From: Spirochaetia bacterium
GTDB lineage: Bacteria; Spirochaetota; Spirochaetia; UBA9216
DNA: 64,000 nt
Reading direction: 5' to 3'
Assembly: GCA_965140585.1 (NCBI GenBank)
Contig: OZ223265.1
Span: forward strand, 160,001-224,000
Both the position numbers and the translations under genes were made by a program. The notes under the pieces were generated by a model. The model made no database searches. It had not been told where the DNA came from and saw nothing but the letters and a program-made list of their open reading frames with translations. Shown piece by piece: positions 43,051 to 51,829 of the stretch (position 1 is its first letter; every line of letters starts with the position of its first letter).

Positions 43051-44292
43051 CTACTCATGTTCATGAGTAAGATGTCTGCTGATTATTTTTGAATTATCAA
43101 GAAGAGAACTGAGTGAGTTTCCATGATGAACCCTTGAGATGGTTCTTGCAAAAAGTTCGCTGATGGATGCTGACACATACCACTCTCTGTCCATCAGATT
43201 AGAGGTATGATATACGGAATTCGTACCGATTATCCTGTAAAAAAGCCCATCATTATAAGCTTTCTCAAAGGCTTCAGCAGCATCGCCGGTAAACAAGGGA
43301 AGGCTTATCGCACAGATAATCTTTTCGGCCCCCATCTCTTTAAGCATTTCCATTGCCTTAATGAGGGTTCCGCCGGTACCGAGCATGTCATCGGCCATAA
43401 AGACTATCTTTCCTCTTACATCACCAAGCAGTTTGGTTGTGGTAATGTTGGATTCACTGGCATTTGCAGAGACCTGTGAATAATCGCGTTCCTTGTAAAT
43501 CATGGCTAGCGGTTTTTTAAGGGTTCCTGCAAAATATTTATTCCGGTCAACAGCTCCTGTATCCGGAGAGACAACCACAAGATCATCCTTTGAAAAATCA
43601 ACAAGTTCACTTAAAGCACGGATAATCTGATATGAAGCATGAAGATTTTCAAGATGAAGAGACTGAAAGCAGTTTTCAATAGCTTTTGAGTGAATATCAA
43701 GGGTAATGATCCGTGAAACACCCATAAGCTCACAGGTCCTTCCAAACCATGCCGCAGTAAGCGCTTCCCTGCCCTTCTTTTTATGCTGACGGCTGTAGGG
43801 ATAGGTAGGAATAACAAGAGTCACACTCTTTGCTCCTGCCCCGATAATTGCATCAATAGTAGTAAAGAGAATCATCAGATGATCGTTTACAGAAAGCGCA
43901 CACTTCTCACTGCATCCGTTTATTTCAAGCGGATACTGGTTAGCTAAATCCTGAACGATATAGATATCCATATCACGGATAGAAGTCTGAATTTCAGACT
44001 TAACTTCTCCGTTTGCGAAGCGTGTGAACTTCACCGGAATCTGATAGGACGGGGCTTTATACTTCGTAACATCACGGTTTCTGGAACCCTTTGCCGAAGT
44101 CAGTTCATTTATAAAGTTAATATTTCTCACGACATCATCGCGTGAATAATCATATCTAGAAACAAGAGAGTCTGTAGTCTTCTTATAATACTTCAGATAT
44201 ATTGATTTAAGATTTGATATGATCTCGCTCGAAATCTTTTCCGCACCGGGACATGCAATGACCCCCAGCAGAGACGACCTTGTGAATACCAT
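43051..44292 (-). CDS. prs: Ribose-phosphate pyrophosphokinase (spirochaete long form)
   Basis: FANGE, PTYPYSRQHK, LDIHS, VSPDTGA, DDMLGTGGT. Confidence 0.95.
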   Translation of the reverse strand: MVFTRSSLLGVIACPGAEKISSEIISNLKSIYLKYYKKTTDSLVSRYDYSRDDVVRNINFINELTSAKGSRNRDVTKYKAPSYQIPVKFTRFANGEVKSEIQTSIRDMDIYIVQDLANQYPLEINGCSEKCALSVNDHLMILFTTIDAIIGAGAKSVTLVIPTYPYSRQHKKKGREALTAAWFGRTCELMGVSRIITLDIHSKAIENCFQSLHLENLHASYQIIRALSELVDFSKDDLVVVSPDTGAVDRNKYFAGTLKKPLAMIYKERDYSQVSANASESNITTTKLLGDVRGKIVFMADDMLGTGGTLIKAMEMLKEMGAEKIICAISLPLFTGDAAEAFEKAYNDGLFYRIIGTNSVYHTSNLMDREWYVSASISELFARTISRVHHGNSLSSLLDNSKIISRHLTHEHE

Positions 44293-44444
44293 AGAAACCA
44301 CCAGAATTTGATAACTGACTCTAACATTTTTGTTGAAAGGCATTCAATAGCAGCCAGTATTTTTATCGGGATAATTCTATATATATTCACAGCATACGGA
44401 GAGAGAACATGAAGTTTAGAAACACTTTTACGGTTTAATTCCAT

Positions 44445-44512
44445 GCAGTATGCAAACGAGGTTTGCATACTGCCGAGAAACCAGTAAAAACGCCCGTTTT
44501 TACTGGTTTCTC
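44445..44512. repeat. Two adjacent perfect palindromes (13-bp and 18-bp arms)
   Basis: GCAGTATGCAAAC-gag-GTTTGCATACTGC (44445-44473) and GAGAAACCAGTAAAAACG-cc-CGTTTTTACTGGTTTCTC (44475-44512). Confidence 0.9.
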
Positions 44513-44555
44513 CCTATACTTTTTATGAGAATACTGTTAGAAAACTAATAAAGCT

Positions 44556-46226
44556 ATGTTTATATATTCACTATTGAAAATCCTGGGAAGCCTCGGCCTG
44601 TTTTTATACGGCATGAAGGTAATGAGTGACGGAATTCAGAGAACTGCGGGCGACGGGCTGCAGAAAGTTCTGAATTATATGACCATAAATCGTTTTGCAG
44701 CCGTAATTACCGGTTTTGCAGTAACTTCAATCGTTCAGTCTTCATCAGCAACTACCGTAATGGTTGTATCATTTGTTAATGCTGGATTGCTTACACTTGA
44801 ACAGTCTATAGGCGTTATAATGGGTGCCAATATCGGTACTACTGTGACAGGTTGGATTGTAGCTCTTATCGGTTTTAAATTCAGCATTACGACAATTGCT
44901 CTTCCGGCAATCGGTATCGGACTGCCTCTTGTTTTCGCGAAAAAACTCGGCAAGCAGGACCTTGGAGAAGTACTGATTGGCTTCGGTATTCTGTTTCTCG
45001 GACTGGACTTTCTGAAAGATTCAGTACCCGATATCAAACATCATCCTGAGTACCTTGAATTCCTGCGGCATTTTACCGATCTCGGAGTTCTTTCAAATCT
45101 TCTTTTCATTGCTGTCGGCACAATTCTTACTGTCGTTATCCAGTCATCATCTGCATCGATGGCAATAACTCTCACAATGGCCTATTCTGGCTGGATTGAC
45201 TACTCTTCAGCAGCATCGCTTATTATAGGTTCAAACATAGGAACAACCGTTACTGCATATCTTGCAGCCATAGGAACAAACACTAATGCAAAACGGGCCT
45301 CAAGAGCGCATATTCTTTTCAACCTGTTTGGTGCGCTTGTTGTAATTATTGTATTCAAGCCCTTCCTGCACGTTGTTGACCTTATAGTTCCCGGTGATCC
45401 TTCTGCCGGTGTAAGCGTTCCGGAGCATCTTGCAATGTTTCATACTCTTTTCAACATACTCAATACTCTGGTATTTGTATGGTTTGTTCCGCAGTATGCA
45501 GCAGTTATACGGAAACTGGTTCCTGAGGATAAAAACGAAGTTCCACAGAACTACACTCTGAAATATATTTCAACCAGCCTTCAGGACACTGCTGAGATTA
45601 ACCTCATCAAGGTAAGAGTTGAGATAAAGAAGATGACGGAGATTGTTGAAGAAATGTATCTGCGCTTTCTTGATATCTTCAACAAGCCGGATAAAAAGCT
45701 GGGAAAAGAAATTAAGAAACTCAAGGATATGGAAGATTTGACAGACCAGATGCAGGAACAGATTTCAGCATATCTTATTGACTGTATAAGTGAAGGACTT
45801 AACGAGTCGGGTATGAAATCGGCTACCTGCATGATGAGAATTGTTAATGAACTTGAGAGTATCGGAGACAGCTGCTTCAATCTGCTTCTTTTATCAGAAC
45901 GGCGCTATAATAAGGATATACAGCTTGAGGAAAAAGCAATTGCCGCTCTGAAACCGATATCCAAGACCGTTGAAGACTTCCTTACTCTGATAAAATCAAG
46001 CATGGATCATGAATTCACCGAGGAAAATATGGAATCTGCCGTTAAATTTGAAGAGAAGGTAGATAAACAGCGTAAAGCGCTGAACAAGGAAGCCAGAAAA
46101 CGTATACAGGGCGGCTCAGACGTAAAAGCGGAGCTTCTCTACCTCGATATAATCAAACACATGGAACATATCGGAGATTATTCGCTTAATATAGCGGAAT
46201 CAATGAAACAGAATTACGAGGATTAG
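44556..46226 (+). CDS. Na+/Pi cotransporter family protein (NptA/YjbB) with C-terminal PhoU-like domains
   Basis: Two QSSS repeats, GANIGTT/GSNIGTT, ELESIGD and HMEHIGD. Confidence 0.93.
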   Translation: MFIYSLLKILGSLGLFLYGMKVMSDGIQRTAGDGLQKVLNYMTINRFAAVITGFAVTSIVQSSSATTVMVVSFVNAGLLTLEQSIGVIMGANIGTTVTGWIVALIGFKFSITTIALPAIGIGLPLVFAKKLGKQDLGEVLIGFGILFLGLDFLKDSVPDIKHHPEYLEFLRHFTDLGVLSNLLFIAVGTILTVVIQSSSASMAITLTMAYSGWIDYSSAASLIIGSNIGTTVTAYLAAIGTNTNAKRASRAHILFNLFGALVVIIVFKPFLHVVDLIVPGDPSAGVSVPEHLAMFHTLFNILNTLVFVWFVPQYAAVIRKLVPEDKNEVPQNYTLKYISTSLQDTAEINLIKVRVEIKKMTEIVEEMYLRFLDIFNKPDKKLGKEIKKLKDMEDLTDQMQEQISAYLIDCISEGLNESGMKSATCMMRIVNELESIGDSCFNLLLLSERRYNKDIQLEEKAIAALKPISKTVEDFLTLIKSSMDHEFTEENMESAVKFEEKVDKQRKALNKEARKRIQGGSDVKAELLYLDIIKHMEHIGDYSLNIAESMKQNYED

Positions 46227-46233
46227 ATGATAT

Positions 46234-46269
46234 AAGACAGTAAAAACACCCGTTTTTACTGTCTTTTTT
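46234..46269 (+). terminator. Terminator between the convergent Na/Pi transporter and argH; also a copy of the 44475 palindrome
   Basis: AAGACAGTAAAAAC-accc-GTTTTTACTGTCTT followed by a T-run. Confidence 0.75.
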
Positions 46270-46272
46270 CTA

Positions 46273-47637
46273 TTACAATAAACTGACTGCAGTTCCGCAG
46301 AGAGAAGTAACTGCTGCATCAAGTACTGATTTATAAGCAGCGGCCTGTTCTTTAAGCAGGCTGTTTTCTTTTACAGCCGCCTCAAGATTAAGCTTTCCGG
46401 CTGTACCGGTACTTATCCTTGATTTATTCACCTCTGAGGCGTCCATATCACCATACTTTTCAAGATTCAGACCGACTTCCCGATAGGCATCACGGAAACT
46501 CATTCCGCCGTCAACAAGTTCATATGCTGCATCTGTAGCAAAAATATCAGGTGAAAACCCTTTAAGAAGATTCTCTTTATTAACAATCAGCTTTGAGAAA
46601 GTAAGATTCATTATATCAAAACACTGACCGGCTAGATCAATTCCCCTGAGGTAGGGTTCCTTTGTTTCCTGAAAATCACGGTTATAACCTGATGGCAGTG
46701 AGCGAACAATCTGCTTAACGTTCATTGAATATGAAGACAGGGCTGCTGATTTGGCACGCATCAGTTCAAGCCCGTCGGGATTCTTTTTCTGCGGCATAAT
46801 ACTGGAGCCTGTACAGAGTTCTGCAGGAAGACTGAAATAGCCGAACTCAGGCAATGAAAACAGGATAAGATCCTGCGCAGCGCTGCTTAAAACAAGCACA
46901 GCATGCTCAAGGGCATTCAAAACAAGGGATTCAAGCCTTCCGCGTGAATTATTAACGTAGATGACATTATTCTGCACTTTGGCAAAGCCCATCAGTTCAG
47001 CTGTCATTTCACGGTTAAGCGGAAGTGGAGTTCCATAACCTGCCGCAGCGCCGAGGGGACACTGATTTACAAGAGTATATATGGATGAAAGGTTTTTCAG
47101 ACTGTCAATTAGCTCTTCGGCCCAGGCGGCAGCCCACAGGCCTACCGAAGAAGGCATTGCTATCTGCATATGTGTGCGTCCCGGCATAGGCACAGACCTA
47201 TTGGCCTTTGCAAAATCCAGAATTGTTTCGACAAGCGAGGTTCCGCGTTCAATCAGGTCAAGAACCGCCGCCCTGGAGAACATCCGCAGAGCGGTCTGAA
47301 CCTGATCGTTCCGGGATCGTCCGGTGTGTATTTTTTTTCCGGCGTCTCCTATGCTGTCAATCAGGTAATTTTCGATAGCAGTATGACAGTCCTCGTCGGA
47401 ACGCTCAATATGGAATTTGTCATCCTTCTGAAGATTGATTATCTCATTCAGACCTTTTTCAAGCTTTTCAAGATCCTCTGCTGTGAGAATATCTATCGAA
47501 TGAAGCATTCGGGCCTGGGCAATACTTGCAACACAGTCAGAGGGCACCAGCGCAATATCAAGCTGATAGTCCAGACCTACTGTAAATTTCTCAACCAGTT
47601 CATTGAGTTCATAATTTTTCTGCCAAAGTTTTGCCAT
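46273..47637 (-). CDS. argH: Argininosuccinate lyase
   Basis: KLW, IHTGRSRNDQ, MPGRTH, GSSIMPQKKNP, YNRDFQE. Confidence 0.9.
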   Translation of the reverse strand: MAKLWQKNYELNELVEKFTVGLDYQLDIALVPSDCVASIAQARMLHSIDILTAEDLEKLEKGLNEIINLQKDDKFHIERSDEDCHTAIENYLIDSIGDAGKKIHTGRSRNDQVQTALRMFSRAAVLDLIERGTSLVETILDFAKANRSVPMPGRTHMQIAMPSSVGLWAAAWAEELIDSLKNLSSIYTLVNQCPLGAAAGYGTPLPLNREMTAELMGFAKVQNNVIYVNNSRGRLESLVLNALEHAVLVLSSAAQDLILFSLPEFGYFSLPAELCTGSSIMPQKKNPDGLELMRAKSAALSSYSMNVKQIVRSLPSGYNRDFQETKEPYLRGIDLAGQCFDIMNLTFSKLIVNKENLLKGFSPDIFATDAAYELVDGGMSFRDAYREVGLNLEKYGDMDASEVNKSRISTGTAGKLNLEAAVKENSLLKEQAAAYKSVLDAAVTSLCGTAVSLL

Positions 47638-47701
47638 TCCACTCTCCCGAATTTTGTCACATACTATATAATTTCGGTTATTATTTCAACTTCCGGAAGA
47701 T

Positions 47702-49132
47702 CTATCTTAACGCTGCGGCTGCGTATTCTCCGGCCATTCTTCCGGAGTTCAGTGCAAAACCGAAACCGTGCCCACTCAGAATTACATTGTAAACATCTGC
47801 ATCCACACCGCCGAAATCGACTCCTGCAACATAAAGATTCTCCACAGGGTTGAAATCATCCCCGAGCGCCCGGAACTGCTCATCAACCCGGATTCCGCCA
47901 TGAGTAATAAGCATATCAACACCGGCTTTCACCGCATAATACGGCGGGCTTGAACACTCAAGCAGAGCCTTCCTGCTTTTTGCATACATGGCATCGCGTC
48001 CTGAAGCACAGAAGCTGTTATAGCGTGCCAGAGTTTCCGTAAGGGCTTGGAGCTGACAACCTATGAATGCTGCTATCTCATTTAGATTATCGCTTTGCAG
48101 AAGCACACCTGATTCAACTGCCTTGGTGATGGAATCATCAAGCCGCCGTTCTGCATCGGGAGAGATATGAATGAGTTCTATCATGTCCCTGCCGTCGGCC
48201 AGAGTCTTATCCATTATCCGGCTGTCAAACAATACCCACATTTCGGCACCGGGCTGGCGAAGGCAGGCATTTGCGGCCATTGAGAAGTTATACACAATAC
48301 CTTCATCAGCAAAACGCCGGCCGCCTCGGTTAAGCCAGATATTCCAGGGCTTGCCGATCAGCAGATTAAGCGGTTCGAAGCCCTTAATCTTCGGAGCAGC
48401 CATTTCCATGGCAAAATTGCCTTCAATTGCAGCTCCTGCCTCAAGAGCCATATTAACTCCGTCTCCGGTATGCCTCATCCCGTGTCCGGGAGTAACGGTT
48501 TCAGGGTCGAACCCCGGGTAATACCTGCTGATCATTTCATTGTTTCCGGCAAAGCCGCCGGTACAGATTATCACCTTTGAAGCGGCTACCCGTATTTCTC
48601 CCTCTGATGCGGATACAGCAGTCAGACCGCAGACTGTACCTGAGGCATCGGTGTGCAGGCTCTTTGCAGTACAGCCTGTAAGAATTTTTACTCCACGACC
48701 GGCACAGAAATCCTCCAGAGCCTTTATCACAGCCTTTCCCGCATTCAGGTCCTTATCGGTAATATGAAAAACCTCGGGAGTCTGTCCCGGCAGATGATGC
48801 ACGACATCGGAGAACTCAACCCCCTTCCCTGTCAGCCAGGCAATTGTGTCACCGCTTTTATCAATAAGGCTGCGAACAAGGTCGGGATCTATTTTCCAGT
48901 GGGAATACTCCATGGCGGCCCTGAAAACCTCATCAGCATCCGAGTTAACAAGTTTACGCTTCTGTACAGGGCTGTTAACGGCAAATATACCGCGGGGAAA
49001 GAGCCCGTTGCCGCCGACTTTTTTGTTCTTTTCAACAACTACCACACTTGCGCCTGCTTCGGCAGCAGCAGCTGCAGCAGCCATACCTGAAGCGCCACCG
49101 CCGACTACTGCAACATCACAGTTTATATTCAC
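47702..49132 (-). CDS. Cytoplasmic FAD-dependent oxidoreductase, flavocytochrome c/fumarate-reductase flavoprotein family (not a true fumarate reductase)
   Basis: GGGASG FAD motif, EK...GGN, CTGGF, TGDG, NRGGRRFADE, THGGIRVD, NLYVAG. GTG start with a GGAGG RBS; no Tat/Sec signal. Confidence 0.88.
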   Translation of the reverse strand: MNINCDVAVVGGGASGMAAAAAAAEAGASVVVVEKNKKVGGNGLFPRGIFAVNSPVQKRKLVNSDADEVFRAAMEYSHWKIDPDLVRSLIDKSGDTIAWLTGKGVEFSDVVHHLPGQTPEVFHITDKDLNAGKAVIKALEDFCAGRGVKILTGCTAKSLHTDASGTVCGLTAVSASEGEIRVAASKVIICTGGFAGNNEMISRYYPGFDPETVTPGHGMRHTGDGVNMALEAGAAIEGNFAMEMAAPKIKGFEPLNLLIGKPWNIWLNRGGRRFADEGIVYNFSMAANACLRQPGAEMWVLFDSRIMDKTLADGRDMIELIHISPDAERRLDDSITKAVESGVLLQSDNLNEIAAFIGCQLQALTETLARYNSFCASGRDAMYAKSRKALLECSSPPYYAVKAGVDMLITHGGIRVDEQFRALGDDFNPVENLYVAGVDFGGVDADVYNVILSGHGFGFALNSGRMAGEYAAAALR

Positions 49133-49165
49133 GAAATACCTCCGGACTTGCAACCAATTTGATAT

Positions 49166-49193
49166 AAAAAAAGAGGAACCTGAAAGAGTCCTC
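49166..49193 (-). terminator. Possible internal terminator before the flavoprotein gene
   Basis: Imperfect stem GAGGACTC/GGTTCCTC followed by U7 on the minus strand. Confidence 0.4.
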
Positions 49194-49220
49194 CTATACT
49201 AAATAATTCTATTTATTTTT

Positions 49221-50126
49221 TCAAACCCAGGAGGACTCTACCCCCGGGGCCTGGACGCTCACATAGCGATGAATTCCCTGAATCTTACCTGAGTGAAAGC
49301 ATACAATCTCGGCGGTGAGACCGGTAGCCGGCATTTCCTTAAGGATTTTTCTGCCGGTTTTATCCGCGGCCTCTACGGTTTTCCGGTGCATATCAATCAT
49401 ACAGGCAGGAACAAAGCATGAAGCTGTTGAACCAGGAACGATATAAGCAGACACAAAACCGGGAACTACACCGAAACTAATCACAACTCCCTGCGCTGCA
49501 TCTGCAATGAGAACACGTGCTTTGGGATCTGAAGGGCGCCCCGAAATAAATGATGCAGGAATGGTAACAGGCCCCGCAGAAGCAGCTTTTTCATCCATGA
49601 TTGCCTCAAGGTAATCCGGATCTTCATATACTATTCCGCCCATCTCCATGAGTACGCTTTGTTCAGAGGCCTCAAACTGCTCACCGGAACTTCCGTCAAA
49701 GACAGCTTTTCCTACGGCAAGAAGTTCTTCACGTGAGGCTTTCTGCGCTTCAGGAATATCAGAGCTCCACTGCCGCGGAATCTTTTTCATTTCTTCGGGA
49801 AGAAAGACAAATCCGGCGTCAACCCGTGAACGGACGATATAGAGTTCAAGTTCACTTATAAATCCGCCATCTATCCTGAGCCTCCCGAAAAAGATTGCCT
49901 GCTTTCCCGACTCATCGAGATTTGCCGTAACAAACAGCTGGCCTGTTTCAGGATCTGAGAAGAATTGCGCTATATAATTCAGCCCTGTAACACTGCTCCA
50001 GCAGCTCATCATTACAAGAGCTCCGGGTTTTCCATTCTCGGTCGCAGCGTATGTATCCGCAAACGGGAGAAGGTCAGGGTTCTGTTTGATCATCGACTGA
50101 AATAATATATCCGCAAAACTTCTCAT
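49221..50126 (-). CDS. Hypothetical cytoplasmic protein, probably two NTF2/SnoaL-like halves
   Basis: 301-aa ORF between the permease and the flavoprotein. Repeated pattern LP.A.....TENG...DPETGQ...GFISELE and later IADAAQG...GKIQGI. Confidence 0.7.
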   Translation of the reverse strand: MRSFADILFQSMIKQNPDLLPFADTYAATENGKPGALVMMSCWSSVTGLNYIAQFFSDPETGQLFVTANLDESGKQAIFFGRLRIDGGFISELELYIVRSRVDAGFVFLPEEMKKIPRQWSSDIPEAQKASREELLAVGKAVFDGSSGEQFEASEQSVLMEMGGIVYEDPDYLEAIMDEKAASAGPVTIPASFISGRPSDPKARVLIADAAQGVVISFGVVPGFVSAYIVPGSTASCFVPACMIDMHRKTVEAADKTGRKILKEMPATGLTAEIVCFHSGKIQGIHRYVSVQAPGVESSWV

Positions 50127-50143
50127 ATTTTATTATATCCAGT

Positions 50144-51499
50144 CTAGTACATTATCATAGCCATGATAGTAACTATCACTGTGGCTACTGCTGTAACACC
50201 GACTGTTGAAAACAGGATTGGCGGATAACCTTCTTTCTGCTTGATACCGGTAAGAAGCATTATTGCGACAACCATTGTTCCAAACGGAAGGGTATCAAGA
50301 ACAAAGCCTGAGAATGCTACAATTCTGTGCGCAGCAATAGCGCTGATTCCCATAACCGGAATAAAAAGGTCATGAGCAAGGTTGAACATAACGATAAGCC
50401 CGGACATTGAGGCTGAAATACCGATTATCAGGATTGAAAGAACTGCAAAGAGTATGTAGGGACTGATCGAGCCCTGCATTCCGCCGATCCCCTGTACCAT
50501 CCATCCGAAAGCCGGAGTTGATGAGATAAGCTGACCGAGAGCCATGTTGATGAGGATAATTGCCGGAATACCCGCAATTTCAGCACCGCTGTTGAACTGT
50601 TCAACAAGCTTGTTGAGTTTTGCAATCGGCTTGCTCTTTCCTGATTCCTCATTATAAGGCATGTACGGGTAGAACAGAAGAACTGAAATACCGACACCTA
50701 CAAGAAGTGAAAAGAAGGGACTGAGGTGCAGAATATTAAAACAAACAAAGATGGCTGCTGTAGGAATAAGGATAAAAAACCATGGGGGAAGGTTTTTTTC
50801 TTCAAACCTTGCCTGTGAAAGGGGTCCGAACTCAAAATTATGACCTGCAGCTACATCTTTTTCCCACATTCTTGACATTCCCCAGAGGGATGCAACAAGA
50901 ATAAAAAGTCCGCCGGTAATAGCAATTGCCGGAGCTGCCATAGCGCTTGTATCAACAAGAAACTGAACAGCAAATATATTTATTATTGACGGAGTACCCG
51001 GAAGCGCACCGCCTACGGTTGAACCTAGGATGATAAGAACTGCAATAAAACGACGGGGGATGTTTACCTCATGCATAACACTAGCTGCAATTGCTATCTG
51101 TGTGAAAAGAATTGCAAAGTTATCAATACCCGCATAGGCCATAAGAACACCCATAAGGATAATGAGGAAAGCGCCCACGAGTCTTTTTTTAGGTGCTGAC
51201 AGGTTTCCGGTGAGTGCACGGAGAACTGTTTTGGCGAAGGAATCCGCCGCACCGCTGACTGATACGATTTTTCCGAACGTTGCGCCCGCCAGGAACAGCG
51301 GTATGAGTGTTCCTGCCATCATTCCGATACCCTTGTTGATTGTTTCATCCCATGATTTGCCGATTGCAAGTCCGCTGGTGATCATCAAAATCAGGGCGAC
51401 GATTATTGATACCCAGGAAAGATGCAGTCCCTTGTATGTCAGGAGAATGAGCATAACAAACCCTAACAGGACTCCAAATACTGATAGTGCTATAGACAT
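50144..51499 (-). CDS. GntP/ion-transporter (IT) superfamily organic-acid permease
   Basis: About 12 hydrophobic segments; GATFGKIVSVSGAA, LPGTPSIIN, HRIVAFSGFVLDTLP. Confidence 0.85.
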   Translation of the reverse strand: MSIALSVFGVLLGFVMLILLTYKGLHLSWVSIIVALILMITSGLAIGKSWDETINKGIGMMAGTLIPLFLAGATFGKIVSVSGAADSFAKTVLRALTGNLSAPKKRLVGAFLIILMGVLMAYAGIDNFAILFTQIAIAASVMHEVNIPRRFIAVLIILGSTVGGALPGTPSIINIFAVQFLVDTSAMAAPAIAITGGLFILVASLWGMSRMWEKDVAAGHNFEFGPLSQARFEEKNLPPWFFILIPTAAIFVCFNILHLSPFFSLLVGVGISVLLFYPYMPYNEESGKSKPIAKLNKLVEQFNSGAEIAGIPAIILINMALGQLISSTPAFGWMVQGIGGMQGSISPYILFAVLSILIIGISASMSGLIVMFNLAHDLFIPVMGISAIAAHRIVAFSGFVLDTLPFGTMVVAIMLLTGIKQKEGYPPILFSTVGVTAVATVIVTIMAMIMY

Positions 51500-51829
51500 A
51501 TAGCCCTCCTATTCTTTTTAAAAGACATCCGCCCCGGTAATCCGCATACAATTTAACCAGATACTAACTAGGCATTAATGCTTTTATTGATATTGATGCA
51601 CATTATAAAATCCCGATATTTACTTATCTACATGACGGAAGAACAAAAAATCCTGCTGATTTGTGCGCAAAGACCAAATCGGCGTATGTGGGAGCATTAA
51701 ACAGGTTGCGGCCCTGCTTTTATATCACATCTCAGCACAAAAAGCTCTCGGAATTTGTGCTGGGGGCATGATGTCTGCTTTTCCGGTGTCCACTATAATA
51801 GCATTACACTGAATAGGAGACTTTATACA

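Noticed and set aside
46273-47701. argH as part of the reductase module (fumarate supply or adduct lyase)
   Set aside because: It has canonical ArgH motifs and a plausible own promoter (TTGAAA-N17-TAGTAT, about 47689-47661). The neighbouring flavoprotein lacks fumarate-binding residues.
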